Shown here: piece after piece, positions 1 to 9,390 of the stretch
How the letters are laid out: every line of letters starts with the position of its first letter
How positions within the stretch are numbered: the first letter of the stretch is position 1
NCBI GenBank assembly: GCA_044221725.1
Contig: JBGAON010000002.1
Span: forward strand, 576,001 to 640,000
DNA: 64,000 bases
DNA from: Elusimicrobiota bacterium
GTDB lineage: Bacteria; Elusimicrobiota; Elusimicrobia; F11
Reading direction: 5' to 3'
Notes under the pieces: model-generated
The model's database searches: none
The model's input: only the letters and a program-made list of their open reading frames with translations
Told to the model about the DNA's origin: nothing
Made by a program: the position numbers and the translations under genes

Positions 1-2
1 TT

Positions 3-3000
3 ACCAGCGAACAACCGATTCCCACGTTTGTCGGCGTGGACGATGCTGAACACTACGTATTGAACGTCAACGCCTACCGGGAGTCCTCGCGTCAACGACC
101 AAAGATAAAAAAGCAGCTCGAGCCCCTTAAAAACAATGTGCGGAACCGAACGGCCGAAGTTTTTAACGCTGCGCTACTCAAATTCGATAGCAGCGTTCAA
201 GCTTTTCGAGAAGAGCGCCTGCCGTTGGGCGCGTACGCTCAACTTCTCGCTCAACAGACTCCGAAGCCGTCGCCAACATTGAAGCTGTTTGTTCAAGCGC
301 TCGAGTTGGAGAACACGATCAATTTTTCTGCCGTTGAAGCCGAACGAAGTCACCTTCTTTCCGAATTGCTGCCGAAGCTGTCGCAAACCGCTCGTGAGAA
401 ATTGGTGGCCGCCAGCGTCGCCTATCGCACCGAAAATCTTTCGCATGCTGATTTTTATGGGCACTTAAAAAATCTGTGCCAAGCGAACGGCATCCGCCTC
501 ACGCGTTATCCAGCGATGAATTCTTATTTGCGGTACGTTATCGCGACCGATCGCATCAATACCGAAGATTTGTTCCGTGAGCTCAAGCAAACCGAAAAAA
601 TGATTTATTCGTCGCTCGCAAAAACAACGGAGGAAAAAGACCTCGTCGCGTGGTCGGCCCGCGTCTCCCTCACCGAAAAGTTGTTGGATTTTTCGCTAAC
701 AAGAGAAGAATGGAACGATTACAAAAGCGAGGTTCACTCCTTGTACCCGGTGGCGCGGGAAGACCTTCTCCGCTTTGAGCAGTTTTACTCAGAAGCCGAA
801 AAACGAGACGAGCGTATGACGGCAAATCTGTGCCGCGCAATGAATGAAGTTCAAGGAAAGGATCGCAACGAAAACGCCGCGGCGATTCTTGTGACGGGGG
901 GATTTCATTCCTCTGGCATCGACCAACGTCTGGTGGCGGCGGGTTACACGGTAATCTCTTTTGTTCCAACGGTGACAAAATCAGATTCAAAAAACGGCTC
1001 GGCGTATTTGAGCGTGTTCACCCAACAGAAGACACCGCTCGATCAACTGTTCGCGGGGGAAAAACTCTTCTTGGCCGAAGCACCGATGACCACCAACGGG
1101 TTGCTGCTCGAGAAACTTTTTGAATTGCAGCAACAATCGAATTTCCGAGAGGGGCGGTTCGTTGTTCCCTACGATTCGAAAAGAGAACTGATCGGACAAT
1201 TTGGGCCAGCGGGAAAATCAATCACGTCGGTGACCCTGTCGCATGCACCGTGGCTGGCACGGTTATCGCCCCAAAATTTGAATCGATGGATAACGAAACG
1301 GTTGCGCTTCGTTTCGTGGCGAGCAAATATCCAGTGGAAGAAGCGCGTCTTTCGCCGCCGCGTTAATGAGATCGTCAAAAAATTTCCGCAATTCGACTTA
1401 GCGTTCGTGCCACATCTATTGCCGCCGTTGCTTGATCAAATACTGAAGAGATTCCCGCGGAAGGGGCCAACCTTTTTGGATGACCTATCCGGTGGAACGC
1501 ATGGGTTTGGACATTTTCTCGATGTCGTGGAAATTTCTTTGCGAATGCTCGCTCGCTCACCAAACGGAGAAAAGGCCGAATTAAAACCGGTCGTCTTGGG
1601 CGCGTTTTTGCACGATGTCGGGCATTTGCTCGATGAAGCGCGGCAAGAGGAAGTAGGAGTCGGATTGGCTGACAAATTGATGCGTAACTTTTCGGTCACC
1701 GACATCAGCCTCGAGGACCGCGAACACGTCAAAGGAATAATTCGGTCTCATCGGAAAACGTCGGGCCCGCCGCCCGTTACATCAGCGGAGAAGCTTGTCG
1801 CCGACGCGGATCGTCTGAGCGCCAACCCGGACCGCATGATGCGCGTCAATCGGGATTTTGACCGGCGTTTCTTGACCAAGACAGATTTCCACAAACTGGT
1901 TCGTCTTCTGCTTCAGAACAAGAACAACTGGTACCGCGATAGCAATACGGTCATGCATTTGTTGAAAAGTCTCGTCATCAATACAAACCCGGCAAAATAT
2001 CAAACCACCGTTGGGAAAATGATGGCGCGCGACTTGTTCTATGTCTATTTGGGACAAATTCGGAAAATCTTTGAAAGCAGTTTTCCTGATCCAAAAACAT
2101 TGGAGACATCGTGGTTTTCGGTAATTCGATTTCTTCGCGTTTGGGGCAAGGAGGGCGGGTGGTTACCGGCCGAGATCAAGAACACTCTTCTCAATCAGCC
2201 GAACAGACGCTCCGCCTCTGCGCTAACCAAAGTTGCATCGCGAGCGAACGAAGCATCGTCGAACAAATCAACACTTCAATCGTGGTCGGGCACCGCGGGT
2301 GGTTGGGGCCTATACGGTTGGCTCATGCCGTCCATCGAAGAATCCCTGCGCTGGTACGCCATTGCGAGCGGCGAAATTTGGGGAGGGGCAATCTACGTGG
2401 GCATCCACGCGTTTCTGCATTTCTATGTCGACGTGTACGCGGCGCGCGGAGAACCGCTTAACTTCCGCTCGGCCGTCGGTTATCTCTCATCCCGAAATTT
2501 TTGGGTTCGCGTCCTTTTCTCTGCTGCGTTTTCTATTCCGTACCTGCTTCTGTTTTCCGCCGATCACGCTTTTGTTTTTGCGGTCTGTGCCCACGTCGTG
2601 AACAACGCGTTTGTTCATCCTTTTATCCGATCCGTTGGCATCTCCTGGCCGTTGATGTCGGTCATCGACCCCGCTGAATTCGACGGCTACGAACCGCCAA
2701 CCATTATTCTTGAAATTTACGCGGACATGCTCACGAAATACTATGAAGCCGAACACATTGGCCCGGCCACCAGCAATCGCGCAACAACGATCCTGAGGCG
2801 AGTGCGATTCGCAAGCGAGCTGGCGCAGACCGCCAAATTTGAATACGCGGCCGTTGAAGAATTGCATCGTCTGTTTTACTTGGCACGCTACGCGGAAGAT
2901 GCGAGCGGGAAAACCATTGATGCCCCGGAGCGACGAAAAATCAAAGCCGCTATTTTAAAGGCGCTGGCCTCGTTACCCGATCACCTTCACGACGCCATTC

Positions 3001-6000
3001 GATTAATCGATAGGACCGCGACGTCTTTTTCGGAGGAAGCAACGTTCACCGCCGCCGCGCTCGTCGGCGCCAAGATGTCAAACATTCCGGAGTCCGAACG
3101 AATTCTCACGGAGCTGTTTGATCGTGCAAAACGAAAAAAACTGCACGTTGATGTTCCGCTCGATCTGTTGCAGGAGATGATTAAGATCTCTCAATTGGGG
3201 GACATTATCGAACAGAGGTCGCTTCAGCTCTCGCCCAGCGCGCGGCCCGATGCAATGGCGAGCTTAACAAGAGAACGCGTGCACCAACAGCGTTGGGAGT
3301 CGGCGGTTGAATCGATGAACCAAGCCATGGGCTCCACATCCGATATGTTTTTCACGAGCATCCTTGAATTGGCGAAGCATCTTGAATACCTGCCGCTGGT
3401 GCTCAAATTCGTCGAACGCGTGCCCGACACCGACGATCATCTGCGCGAACAAAAGATCAAATCGCTGGTGTTGCTTGGGCACCTTTACAAAAAACGGGAT
3501 GACGAACGGACCGCGCAGCGACTTTGGAGAAACGCGTTCATCTTGTCGCAACGGAATGCTCAGACAAGCACGAATGCCTTTCGTCCAGAAGTTTTATGGA
3601 TCAGTCTCTTTTTTCCGATCATGCGCCATCACGCGATTCGATTTGGTGGATTGGAACGTTCAACGGTTTTAAAGACCGGAAGCAATATTCTGCTTACCAT
3701 CGATCCGGCGTTTCCAGGCTGGGCAGAGTTGGCCGGTGCAATTTTTCATGAGCGTGTTCGAGCTGGTGAGTTCAAATCCGCCATCGCTTTTCTTAACGCG
3801 CTGGAAAAACAACTCATCGACAGGCTGCCGATCGTTGTGGACCGGGGCCTTAGCAAACGCGACGAGAGCAGACTTATTGAGATACAGGGTGCCATCGACG
3901 AGCGCAGCGATACGCTGTACAGAAAAACGTTGTTTGGTGCCGGTCGCACCGCCGTTGCAAGTCACCACGACGACTGGGCTCGCATTCTCTTGGAGCTGGC
4001 GCGGGAACACATCCCGGACGACGCCGGCGTCGAAGCCGAAGAAATTGCGCTTGCCTATGCGCGCCGAGGAAATTTCAGGGAAGCAAAGGAATACGCGCTT
4101 CTGTCGGCGACACTGTTTCGCGATAGCGTTGAGTACCGTGATTTCGAAGACTTGGGCCATCGACGTCCGGTGTCCTCTCGAGCGCTTTTGGCCATCTCGA
4201 ATATGGAACTGCGCCGTGTGCAAGTCGAGGATCCCGAGGCTATTGTTCGAATCAAAGACAATATTTTTACGGCAGCCAGCATTGGACTTGATGCTCAGGA
4301 TCTCCGGAATCTTTTAAAAATGATCGACGAGAATCCGATTTTTTCCGAAGACGAACTGGTTCTGCTGGCCCAAACGATCAACGAAAACATTCAAGGACAA
4401 CAGCTGCGTCATTACGTGAGTGACGAATCTTCCTTGACTGAATTTTTGGAGTTTCTGCGCAGCGCCTTTCCATTCATCGGCCTGCACCAATTCGTTGAGG
4501 AAAAACTAACGCCGGTGGCCACAATATTTTTTGGCGATGCGGCGAGCAATTCAACGACAATTGCCGCGCGCATAAAAAAGTGGTTCTTGGGGACCGCCGT
4601 GCTTCTCGCGCGTTGGTTCACGCGCGGCGGGCGGCCAAACTCCATTTCCTTCTACCGCGATCTGCTGAACGGCATGGTTCCCGCACAGGCCGCGCCTCGC
4701 GCGATGAAATCCATGCGAATAGAAGCCGCTGTGCTCGCCGGAATTCCAGGCATCGCGTTTGCGGCGCTTCCACCAGTGTACGCGCAAACCACCGCGCTTC
4801 TGTTTACGATTCTGCTCGTGATCTTTGCGAACCTGCATGCCAAAGCGCTGCGAAAACTTCTGGCGCGCCGGAATCAAACGCGCGGCCCCACCGCAAGTGT
4901 CGCCATCCCGAACGAATTCATCTTGTTTGTCCATTTTGCATTTGGTTTTTCGCCGTATTTTCTGGCTTATTTCACGTATGTCGTCACCGCTTCGCCGCTG
5001 TCCACTTTGCTGTTTTTGGCGGCCGTCGTTTGGCATTACGCGTTTGATATTCGCGAAATCTACGGTTCACCATCTGAAATGAAAGCTCTTTTTGCGAAAG
5101 ACGTGCGCTACATGTCCGTGCTCGGCCGTCCGACCGCCGGGAAAGGAACGTTAATCGCGAAATTCCGAAACGAAATAAACACAAATCTGCCCCCGGGTAT
5201 CTATTACGAAGCTATCGGATGGGGAGAGGTGCGGCGCGCACTGAAGGAAAGAATTCTTGCCGAACGTGAGGGACGGGAAGCCGATTCCGCCATTGTTGGA
5301 AGATGGGGCAACGTTGCGATTCCGCAAACGATCAAACAATTTATCGCCGCGGATTTGCCTTTTCCACAGGAAGAGCTTGTCCGAATGCTCAACAGCATCT
5401 TGGACCAAGAACCGTTCAAGAGCGCGCACGGCATTATTTTTGACAACTTCCCCCATGGAGTTGCGAGCCAAGAAACGCTGACGAACGGATTGTTGTTTCA
5501 CCGTGGGCACGCCGTGAAAATGGATTTGTATTTGCTGATGCACATTTCCAAGGATATCGCTCGCGAACGGGCACGGTTGCGACGCCGCGCGGACGACACG
5601 ATGGAAATTTTAAACAAGCGGTTGATCAAGTTTTTCTCTTCCTGTTTGCCGGTGATTCAATCCATCCAAAACAATTTTAACCACATCAATTTGAACGCAA
5701 CCGTTTCCGCCGCCGACGTGTATGCCGATTTCAGCAACAAACTTCGGCTTAAACTCAAATGGCCAGAGTTTCCCTATCGGCCGTGGGAGAGAACAAAACG
5801 CGTCCGCGTTCAACCCGACCTCAGCTTTGACGTCGAACGGGTGGACAATATCTTTACGGAAGGGAACAGGTTTTTGCTGGAACGGATGAAACCGGAGTCG
5901 CGAAAGGCGTTCGTGATTGCGCAAGGCGAACACTGGAGAAATATCGCCGAACGCTACTTAAGAAGCGTTTATGCGAACGCAGAAATTCCGCAAATAATGG

Positions 6001-8024
6001 TATTGCCCAAAGAAATACCGGCGGATCAGACAGAGGCATGGGTTCGACGTGTATTTGAAGCGGCGGACGAAGCCAACATCAACCGTAAAGATATTTTCGT
6101 TCTTGTCGGCAACGAAAAATTTATGAAACTGACGAGCCGCGCCGCGGCCGAGTTTCATCGCGGGATTGCCACGATCCAAATACCGACCACCAAAGCCGCC
6201 GCCATGCGCAAACCCGAACGTACCGGCGACGGTGACCGATGGTTCCTGTCTTCTCCGGAAGCCGTGCTGATCGACAAAACAATTCTTCAATCGGTCGATG
6301 CAATTACCGTCGGAAGATCGGAGCGACAGCCTGATTCAAGTTACGATGTCACGATGACGCGCGGCATATTCGATAAACACAACGACTTGTTAAATAAACG
6401 TTTGCGCAATGGAAAAGACGGCCGCCGATTCATTGTCGCGATCGATTCGTTCGTTGGAAAAGAAGTGATCGCTCAAGCGCGCCAAAAATTTGAACAGATC
6501 CTCAAAGCCCGCGGCCAACCGGCGTCGGACCTCGTTATTCTGGAGGTGGCCGGTGGCGAGAGCATCAAGAACGAGCGCGCCGCTGATTTCGTGAACGAGG
6601 TTCATCGACAGGCCCGGCAGGCGAATCTCACAAAACGTGACGTGGTTGTTGCCATCGGCGGAGGCGCGGTCATTGACGCTGTGGGCTTTGCCGCCAGCAC
6701 GTTTGACGGCGGCATTCCGCTGTTTCGAATTCCAACGACATTGCTCTCCGCTGTGGATGGTGGCGTCGGTACGAAGAACGCCGTAAATTTTAACGGTAAG
6801 AAAAATTTCCAAGGCGTTTTTGCTCCACCCGAAGTTGTCTATGTGGATCCGTTGCTCTTGAAAAAACTGCCGCGACGAATTTATCTCTCCGGCATCGCTG
6901 AGATGATCAAGGTATCGCTTATTAAAGACGCGCATTACTTCGCGCTGCTCGAAAACCATCTCGACGATCTTGTAAACCGGCGTTTCAACGACACCTCCCA
7001 TGCCGAGGAGTTGATGTGGCGTTCCATCGTGCTTCACCTCGAACAAATCGAAACCGATCCGTACGAAACCAAACTGGCGCGCCCGCTTGACCTTGGTCAT
7101 GAGCACGGCCACCGACTTGAGTTTCTCACGAATTTCGCTTTGCTTCATGGCGAAGGCGTCACGATTGGCGTTGCGATCGATGCGGTCATTTCGTGGTTGC
7201 GAAATCTTTTGAGCAACGAAGAGCTGTTGCGAATCCTCAAAATGATTGAACGCGCCGAGCTGCCCATTTTCCATGAATTAGCGACCGTCGAGAACTTGGT
7301 GCCGGGTCTGAACGACTTCGCGAAACATCTGGGCGGCGAGCCGACGTTCTCGCTGATCGGCGGCATCGGAAACAAAAAAGATGTTCATGCGATCTGGCCA
7401 AAAGAGTTGGACCATGCGTTGGATTATCTTCGCGCGCGCATCGCGCGGCCTCTCGGCGCGGAGCGCTCAAACACGCCACCGACAACTCCACCTCAAACGG
7501 TGATCGAAGCGCTGCTGTACGATCGACCGTTGAACCTTGGGGTGGGGGAGAAGTATGTTTCGGTGTCGGACACTCTCTCGGCCCAATCGGCCAAAACGAA
7601 TTCGGCCACCATCATTGTTGTGGATGAAACGACGACGCCTTTCCTGACGAGGAGTGTGATGAAGGCGTTGACGCAAGATTCCGAGACAAACAATCACAAA
7701 TTGATTCTCATCGTTAAACCGGGAACGCGCTTACCAAAAGCCGTGCCATTGAATGCGCCCAATCTCGCTGTACGTCACGTGGATGTGTTCTCTAACAGCG
7801 GCGGGCGACCGGTGATCGAGTGGAAAATGATTAGCAAACTGCTTGGCGACGATCTCAAGTCGAAGGCCTCTGTGGATCTCTATCTTCCAAATCTTCCGAT
7901 CAACTGCGAACACCGGCCGGAAACAGACTGGGACCATCTCAATCTGTTTTTTGTTGGCAAGGAAGACATGGCTCCGATGCTTTCGTTCCACGAATTCATG
8001 CGGCGACTCGCAAGCTCTGCGTAA
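3..8024 (+). CDS. Giant multidomain protein, 5'-truncated by the window edge. Conserved family N-terminal domain, HD domain, two CPBP-like TM modules, helical region, adenylate-kinase-like domain, and a degenerate plus a full 3-dehydroquinate-synthase-like domain
   Basis: The frame is open from position 3 (TSEQPIPTFVGVDD...), matching mid-domain GVDD of the paralogs, so the true start is upstream. Motifs: HGFGH..HD..DADRL; GRPTAGKGT..DNFP..RADDT; GGGAVIDAVGF..PTTLL..KN..RPLDLGH..HGEGV. Confidence 0.85.
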   Translation, partial: TSEQPIPTFVGVDDAEHYVLNVNAYRESSRQRPKIKKQLEPLKNNVRNRTAEVFNAALLKFDSSVQAFREERLPLGAYAQLLAQQTPKPSPTLKLFVQALELENTINFSAVEAERSHLLSELLPKLSQTAREKLVAASVAYRTENLSHADFYGHLKNLCQANGIRLTRYPAMNSYLRYVIATDRINTEDLFRELKQTEKMIYSSLAKTTEEKDLVAWSARVSLTEKLLDFSLTREEWNDYKSEVHSLYPVAREDLLRFEQFYSEAEKRDERMTANLCRAMNEVQGKDRNENAAAILVTGGFHSSGIDQRLVAAGYTVISFVPTVTKSDSKNGSAYLSVFTQQKTPLDQLFAGEKLFLAEAPMTTNGLLLEKLFELQQQSNFREGRFVVPYDSKRELIGQFGPAGKSITSVTLSHAPWLARLSPQNLNRWITKRLRFVSWRANIQWKKRVFRRRVNEIVKKFPQFDLAFVPHLLPPLLDQILKRFPRKGPTFLDDLSGGTHGFGHFLDVVEISLRMLARSPNGEKAELKPVVLGAFLHDVGHLLDEARQEEVGVGLADKLMRNFSVTDISLEDREHVKGIIRSHRKTSGPPPVTSAEKLVADADRLSANPDRMMRVNRDFDRRFLTKTDFHKLVRLLLQNKNNWYRDSNTVMHLLKSLVINTNPAKYQTTVGKMMARDLFYVYLGQIRKIFESSFPDPKTLETSWFSVIRFLRVWGKEGGWLPAEIKNTLLNQPNRRSASALTKVASRANEASSNKSTLQSWSGTAGGWGLYGWLMPSIEESLRWYAIASGEIWGGAIYVGIHAFLHFYVDVYAARGEPLNFRSAVGYLSSRNFWVRVLFSAAFSIPYLLLFSADHAFVFAVCAHVVNNAFVHPFIRSVGISWPLMSVIDPAEFDGYEPPTIILEIYADMLTKYYEAEHIGPATSNRATTILRRVRFASELAQTAKFEYAAVEELHRLFYLARYAEDASGKTIDAPERRKIKAAILKALASLPDHLHDAIRLIDRTATSFSEEATFTAAALVGAKMSNIPESERILTELFDRAKRKKLHVDVPLDLLQEMIKISQLGDIIEQRSLQLSPSARPDAMASLTRERVHQQRWESAVESMNQAMGSTSDMFFTSILELAKHLEYLPLVLKFVERVPDTDDHLREQKIKSLVLLGHLYKKRDDERTAQRLWRNAFILSQRNAQTSTNAFRPEVLWISLFFPIMRHHAIRFGGLERSTVLKTGSNILLTIDPAFPGWAELAGAIFHERVRAGEFKSAIAFLNALEKQLIDRLPIVVDRGLSKRDESRLIEIQGAIDERSDTLYRKTLFGAGRTAVASHHDDWARILLELAREHIPDDAGVEAEEIALAYARRGNFREAKEYALLSATLFRDSVEYRDFEDLGHRRPVSSRALLAISNMELRRVQVEDPEAIVRIKDNIFTAASIGLDAQDLRNLLKMIDENPIFSEDELVLLAQTINENIQGQQLRHYVSDESSLTEFLEFLRSAFPFIGLHQFVEEKLTPVATIFFGDAASNSTTIAARIKKWFLGTAVLLARWFTRGGRPNSISFYRDLLNGMVPAQAAPRAMKSMRIEAAVLAGIPGIAFAALPPVYAQTTALLFTILLVIFANLHAKALRKLLARRNQTRGPTASVAIPNEFILFVHFAFGFSPYFLAYFTYVVTASPLSTLLFLAAVVWHYAFDIREIYGSPSEMKALFAKDVRYMSVLGRPTAGKGTLIAKFRNEINTNLPPGIYYEAIGWGEVRRALKERILAEREGREADSAIVGRWGNVAIPQTIKQFIAADLPFPQEELVRMLNSILDQEPFKSAHGIIFDNFPHGVASQETLTNGLLFHRGHAVKMDLYLLMHISKDIARERARLRRRADDTMEILNKRLIKFFSSCLPVIQSIQNNFNHINLNATVSAADVYADFSNKLRLKLKWPEFPYRPWERTKRVRVQPDLSFDVERVDNIFTEGNRFLLERMKPESRKAFVIAQGEHWRNIAERYLRSVYANAEIPQIMVLPKEIPADQTEAWVRRVFEAADEANINRKDIFVLVGNEKFMKLTSRAAAEFHRGIATIQIPTTKAAAMRKPERTGDGDRWFLSSPEAVLIDKTILQSVDAITVGRSERQPDSSYDVTMTRGIFDKHNDLLNKRLRNGKDGRRFIVAIDSFVGKEVIAQARQKFEQILKARGQPASDLVILEVAGGESIKNERAADFVNEVHRQARQANLTKRDVVVAIGGGAVIDAVGFAASTFDGGIPLFRIPTTLLSAVDGGVGTKNAVNFNGKKNFQGVFAPPEVVYVDPLLLKKLPRRIYLSGIAEMIKVSLIKDAHYFALLENHLDDLVNRRFNDTSHAEELMWRSIVLHLEQIETDPYETKLARPLDLGHEHGHRLEFLTNFALLHGEGVTIGVAIDAVISWLRNLLSNEELLRILKMIERAELPIFHELATVENLVPGLNDFAKHLGGEPTFSLIGGIGNKKDVHAIWPKELDHALDYLRARIARPLGAERSNTPPTTPPQTVIEALLYDRPLNLGVGEKYVSVSDTLSAQSAKTNSATIIVVDETTTPFLTRSVMKALTQDSETNNHKLILIVKPGTRLPKAVPLNAPNLAVRHVDVFSNSGGRPVIEWKMISKLLGDDLKSKASVDLYLPNLPINCEHRPETDWDHLNLFFVGKEDMAPMLSFHEFMRRLASSA

Positions 8025-8061
8025 TCTTTTTTGCAATTTTGATATAAATACCGCAGCGAAT

Positions 8062-8132
8062 GCGGGTGTCGTTCAGTGGTAGGACGAAAGCTTCCCAAGC
8101 TTTAGATGTGGGTTCGATTCCCATCACCCGCT
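8062..8132 (+). tRNA. tRNA-Gly (anticodon CCC), CCA not encoded
   Basis: Cloverleaf: acceptor GCGGGTG/CACCCGC, D-arm GTTC..GGAC, anticodon arm AAAGC-TTCCCAA-GCTTT, T-arm GTGGG-TTCGATT-CCCAT. Confidence 0.95.
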
Positions 8133-8145
8133 CGCCTGGAACGAA

Positions 8146-8838
8146 ATGACAATTGCAAACATAAATATCGACACGATCCTTTCGCAACCGCTGCTCATGG
8201 TGGCGGCGGCCTTCATCGTTCTTGGACCCATTCTTTTTCTCGTGGCGTTGATTCAATTTTTCCGGTCGGGCCGAAAGAAAACCGAATATCCGGCGTTCGA
8301 AGAAGACGAACCTCTGGAATTGTCGTCGCCTTCGTCGCAAGAAACCGCTCCGGTCAGCAGCGAAAGTCCCGAAGAACCCGAATCGACGGAGCCCTCCGAA
8401 TCCATTTATATTAAGGGAGCATCAACCCAAGAAACACCGGAACCCGTTGAGAAATTACGAAACGTTCAAAATATCGATACGGATAAAACGGTGGTCATGG
8501 CATCGGGCGTGGGCGAAGTGCAGGGCCAACTTGAAATCGCGTTCAGCCAAATCAAATCGATGAACAAGAAAATTTCGCAGCTGGAATCGGATCTCGAGAC
8601 ACTGTCGCGCAACGCCGCCACAAAACTCGAACCGAACGAATTAAAAGAAGCGCCGATGAATCCGGCCGACTTCACCGCAAAACTTTTAAAACTCGCCGAA
8701 CATGTGATCGTGCTTGAAAAAGAAGTTTCTCGACTGAAAAGCACGGCAAAACCCAACGGAAATTCTCAGCCCGCTGGCGGTGCTGCAGCGCCAGCGGAAT
8801 CTCAGCCGTCGGGCAAACCACCCATATTGCCGATATGA
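8146..8838 (+). CDS. Hypothetical single-pass membrane protein with acidic linker and coiled coil
   Basis: N-terminal hydrophobic helix, E/S/P-rich linker, heptad-like C-terminal half; overlaps the next gene (ATGA). Confidence 0.75.
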   Translation: MTIANINIDTILSQPLLMVAAAFIVLGPILFLVALIQFFRSGRKKTEYPAFEEDEPLELSSPSSQETAPVSSESPEEPESTEPSESIYIKGASTQETPEPVEKLRNVQNIDTDKTVVMASGVGEVQGQLEIAFSQIKSMNKKISQLESDLETLSRNAATKLEPNELKEAPMNPADFTAKLLKLAEHVIVLEKEVSRLKSTAKPNGNSQPAGGAAAPAESQPSGKPPILPI

Positions 8839-9338
8839 CACGCGCCGCTTGGGGGGGAGTGATGGTTTTGTCGTTGGCGATGACCGGTGGAGCCGCGTAT
8901 CTGCTCGTCACACAAGCAGGACCGGCGAACACCGCCATGACGCTGCCGATGAAGGAATCGCAGCCGCCACTTCCGGAGGTGCCGGCCGCTCCGCCCGCAG
9001 CCAACCCAACAATTGAAAAGAAGGATTCCCCTGCGCCTGCCGCGACGCCCGAACCTGCTAAAGCGGTCGAATCGGAGAAGAAACCCACTCGCAATATTTT
9101 GTTTCGCTTGCCAAAACCCAAAGCGAAATCGGTAGGAATCATTGGCGATTTCAATGACTGGAAACGCCAAGCATTGAAAAAACATCCGAAGGGATGGGAA
9201 GTGACGCTTCCACTCGAGCCCGGCACCTACAAATATTTGTACGTGGTTGACGACAAGCGCATCAAAGATCCGAACAACAAAAATACCGAGGACGGAAAGT
9301 CCGTCATAACGGTAAAACCTCTCGCACCCACGAAGTAA
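8835..9338 (+). CDS. Membrane-anchored glycogen-binding (CBM48/AMPK-beta-like) domain protein
   Basis: N-terminal TM, Pro/Ala linker, then AKSVGIIGDFNDW..W..LEPGTYKYLYVVD..DPNN typical of the early-set CBM48 domain. Confidence 0.8.
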   Translation: MTRAAWGGVMVLSLAMTGGAAYLLVTQAGPANTAMTLPMKESQPPLPEVPAAPPAANPTIEKKDSPAPAATPEPAKAVESEKKPTRNILFRLPKPKAKSVGIIGDFNDWKRQALKKHPKGWEVTLPLEPGTYKYLYVVDDKRIKDPNNKNTEDGKSVITVKPLAPTK

Positions 9339-9390
9339 CGTTACGAATCACCGGTTTTCTCCCATCTCTCACGTCATTCGCCGGTCCTTT

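Noticed and set aside
36..38. GTG at 36 as the start of the first giant ORF
   Set aside because: The frame is open to the window edge and the paralogs have more than 130 aa upstream of the GVDD motif, so the gene is truncated by the window.
6390..7274. 294-aa antisense ORF as a possible immunity gene
   Set aside because: Lies wholly opposite the conserved DHQS-like domain; typical shadow ORF.
8062..8132. tRNA-Gly as the attachment site of an integrated element containing the giant gene
   Set aside because: No integrase and no duplicated tRNA 3' fragment seen in the window; the giant gene lies on the 5' side of the tRNA.
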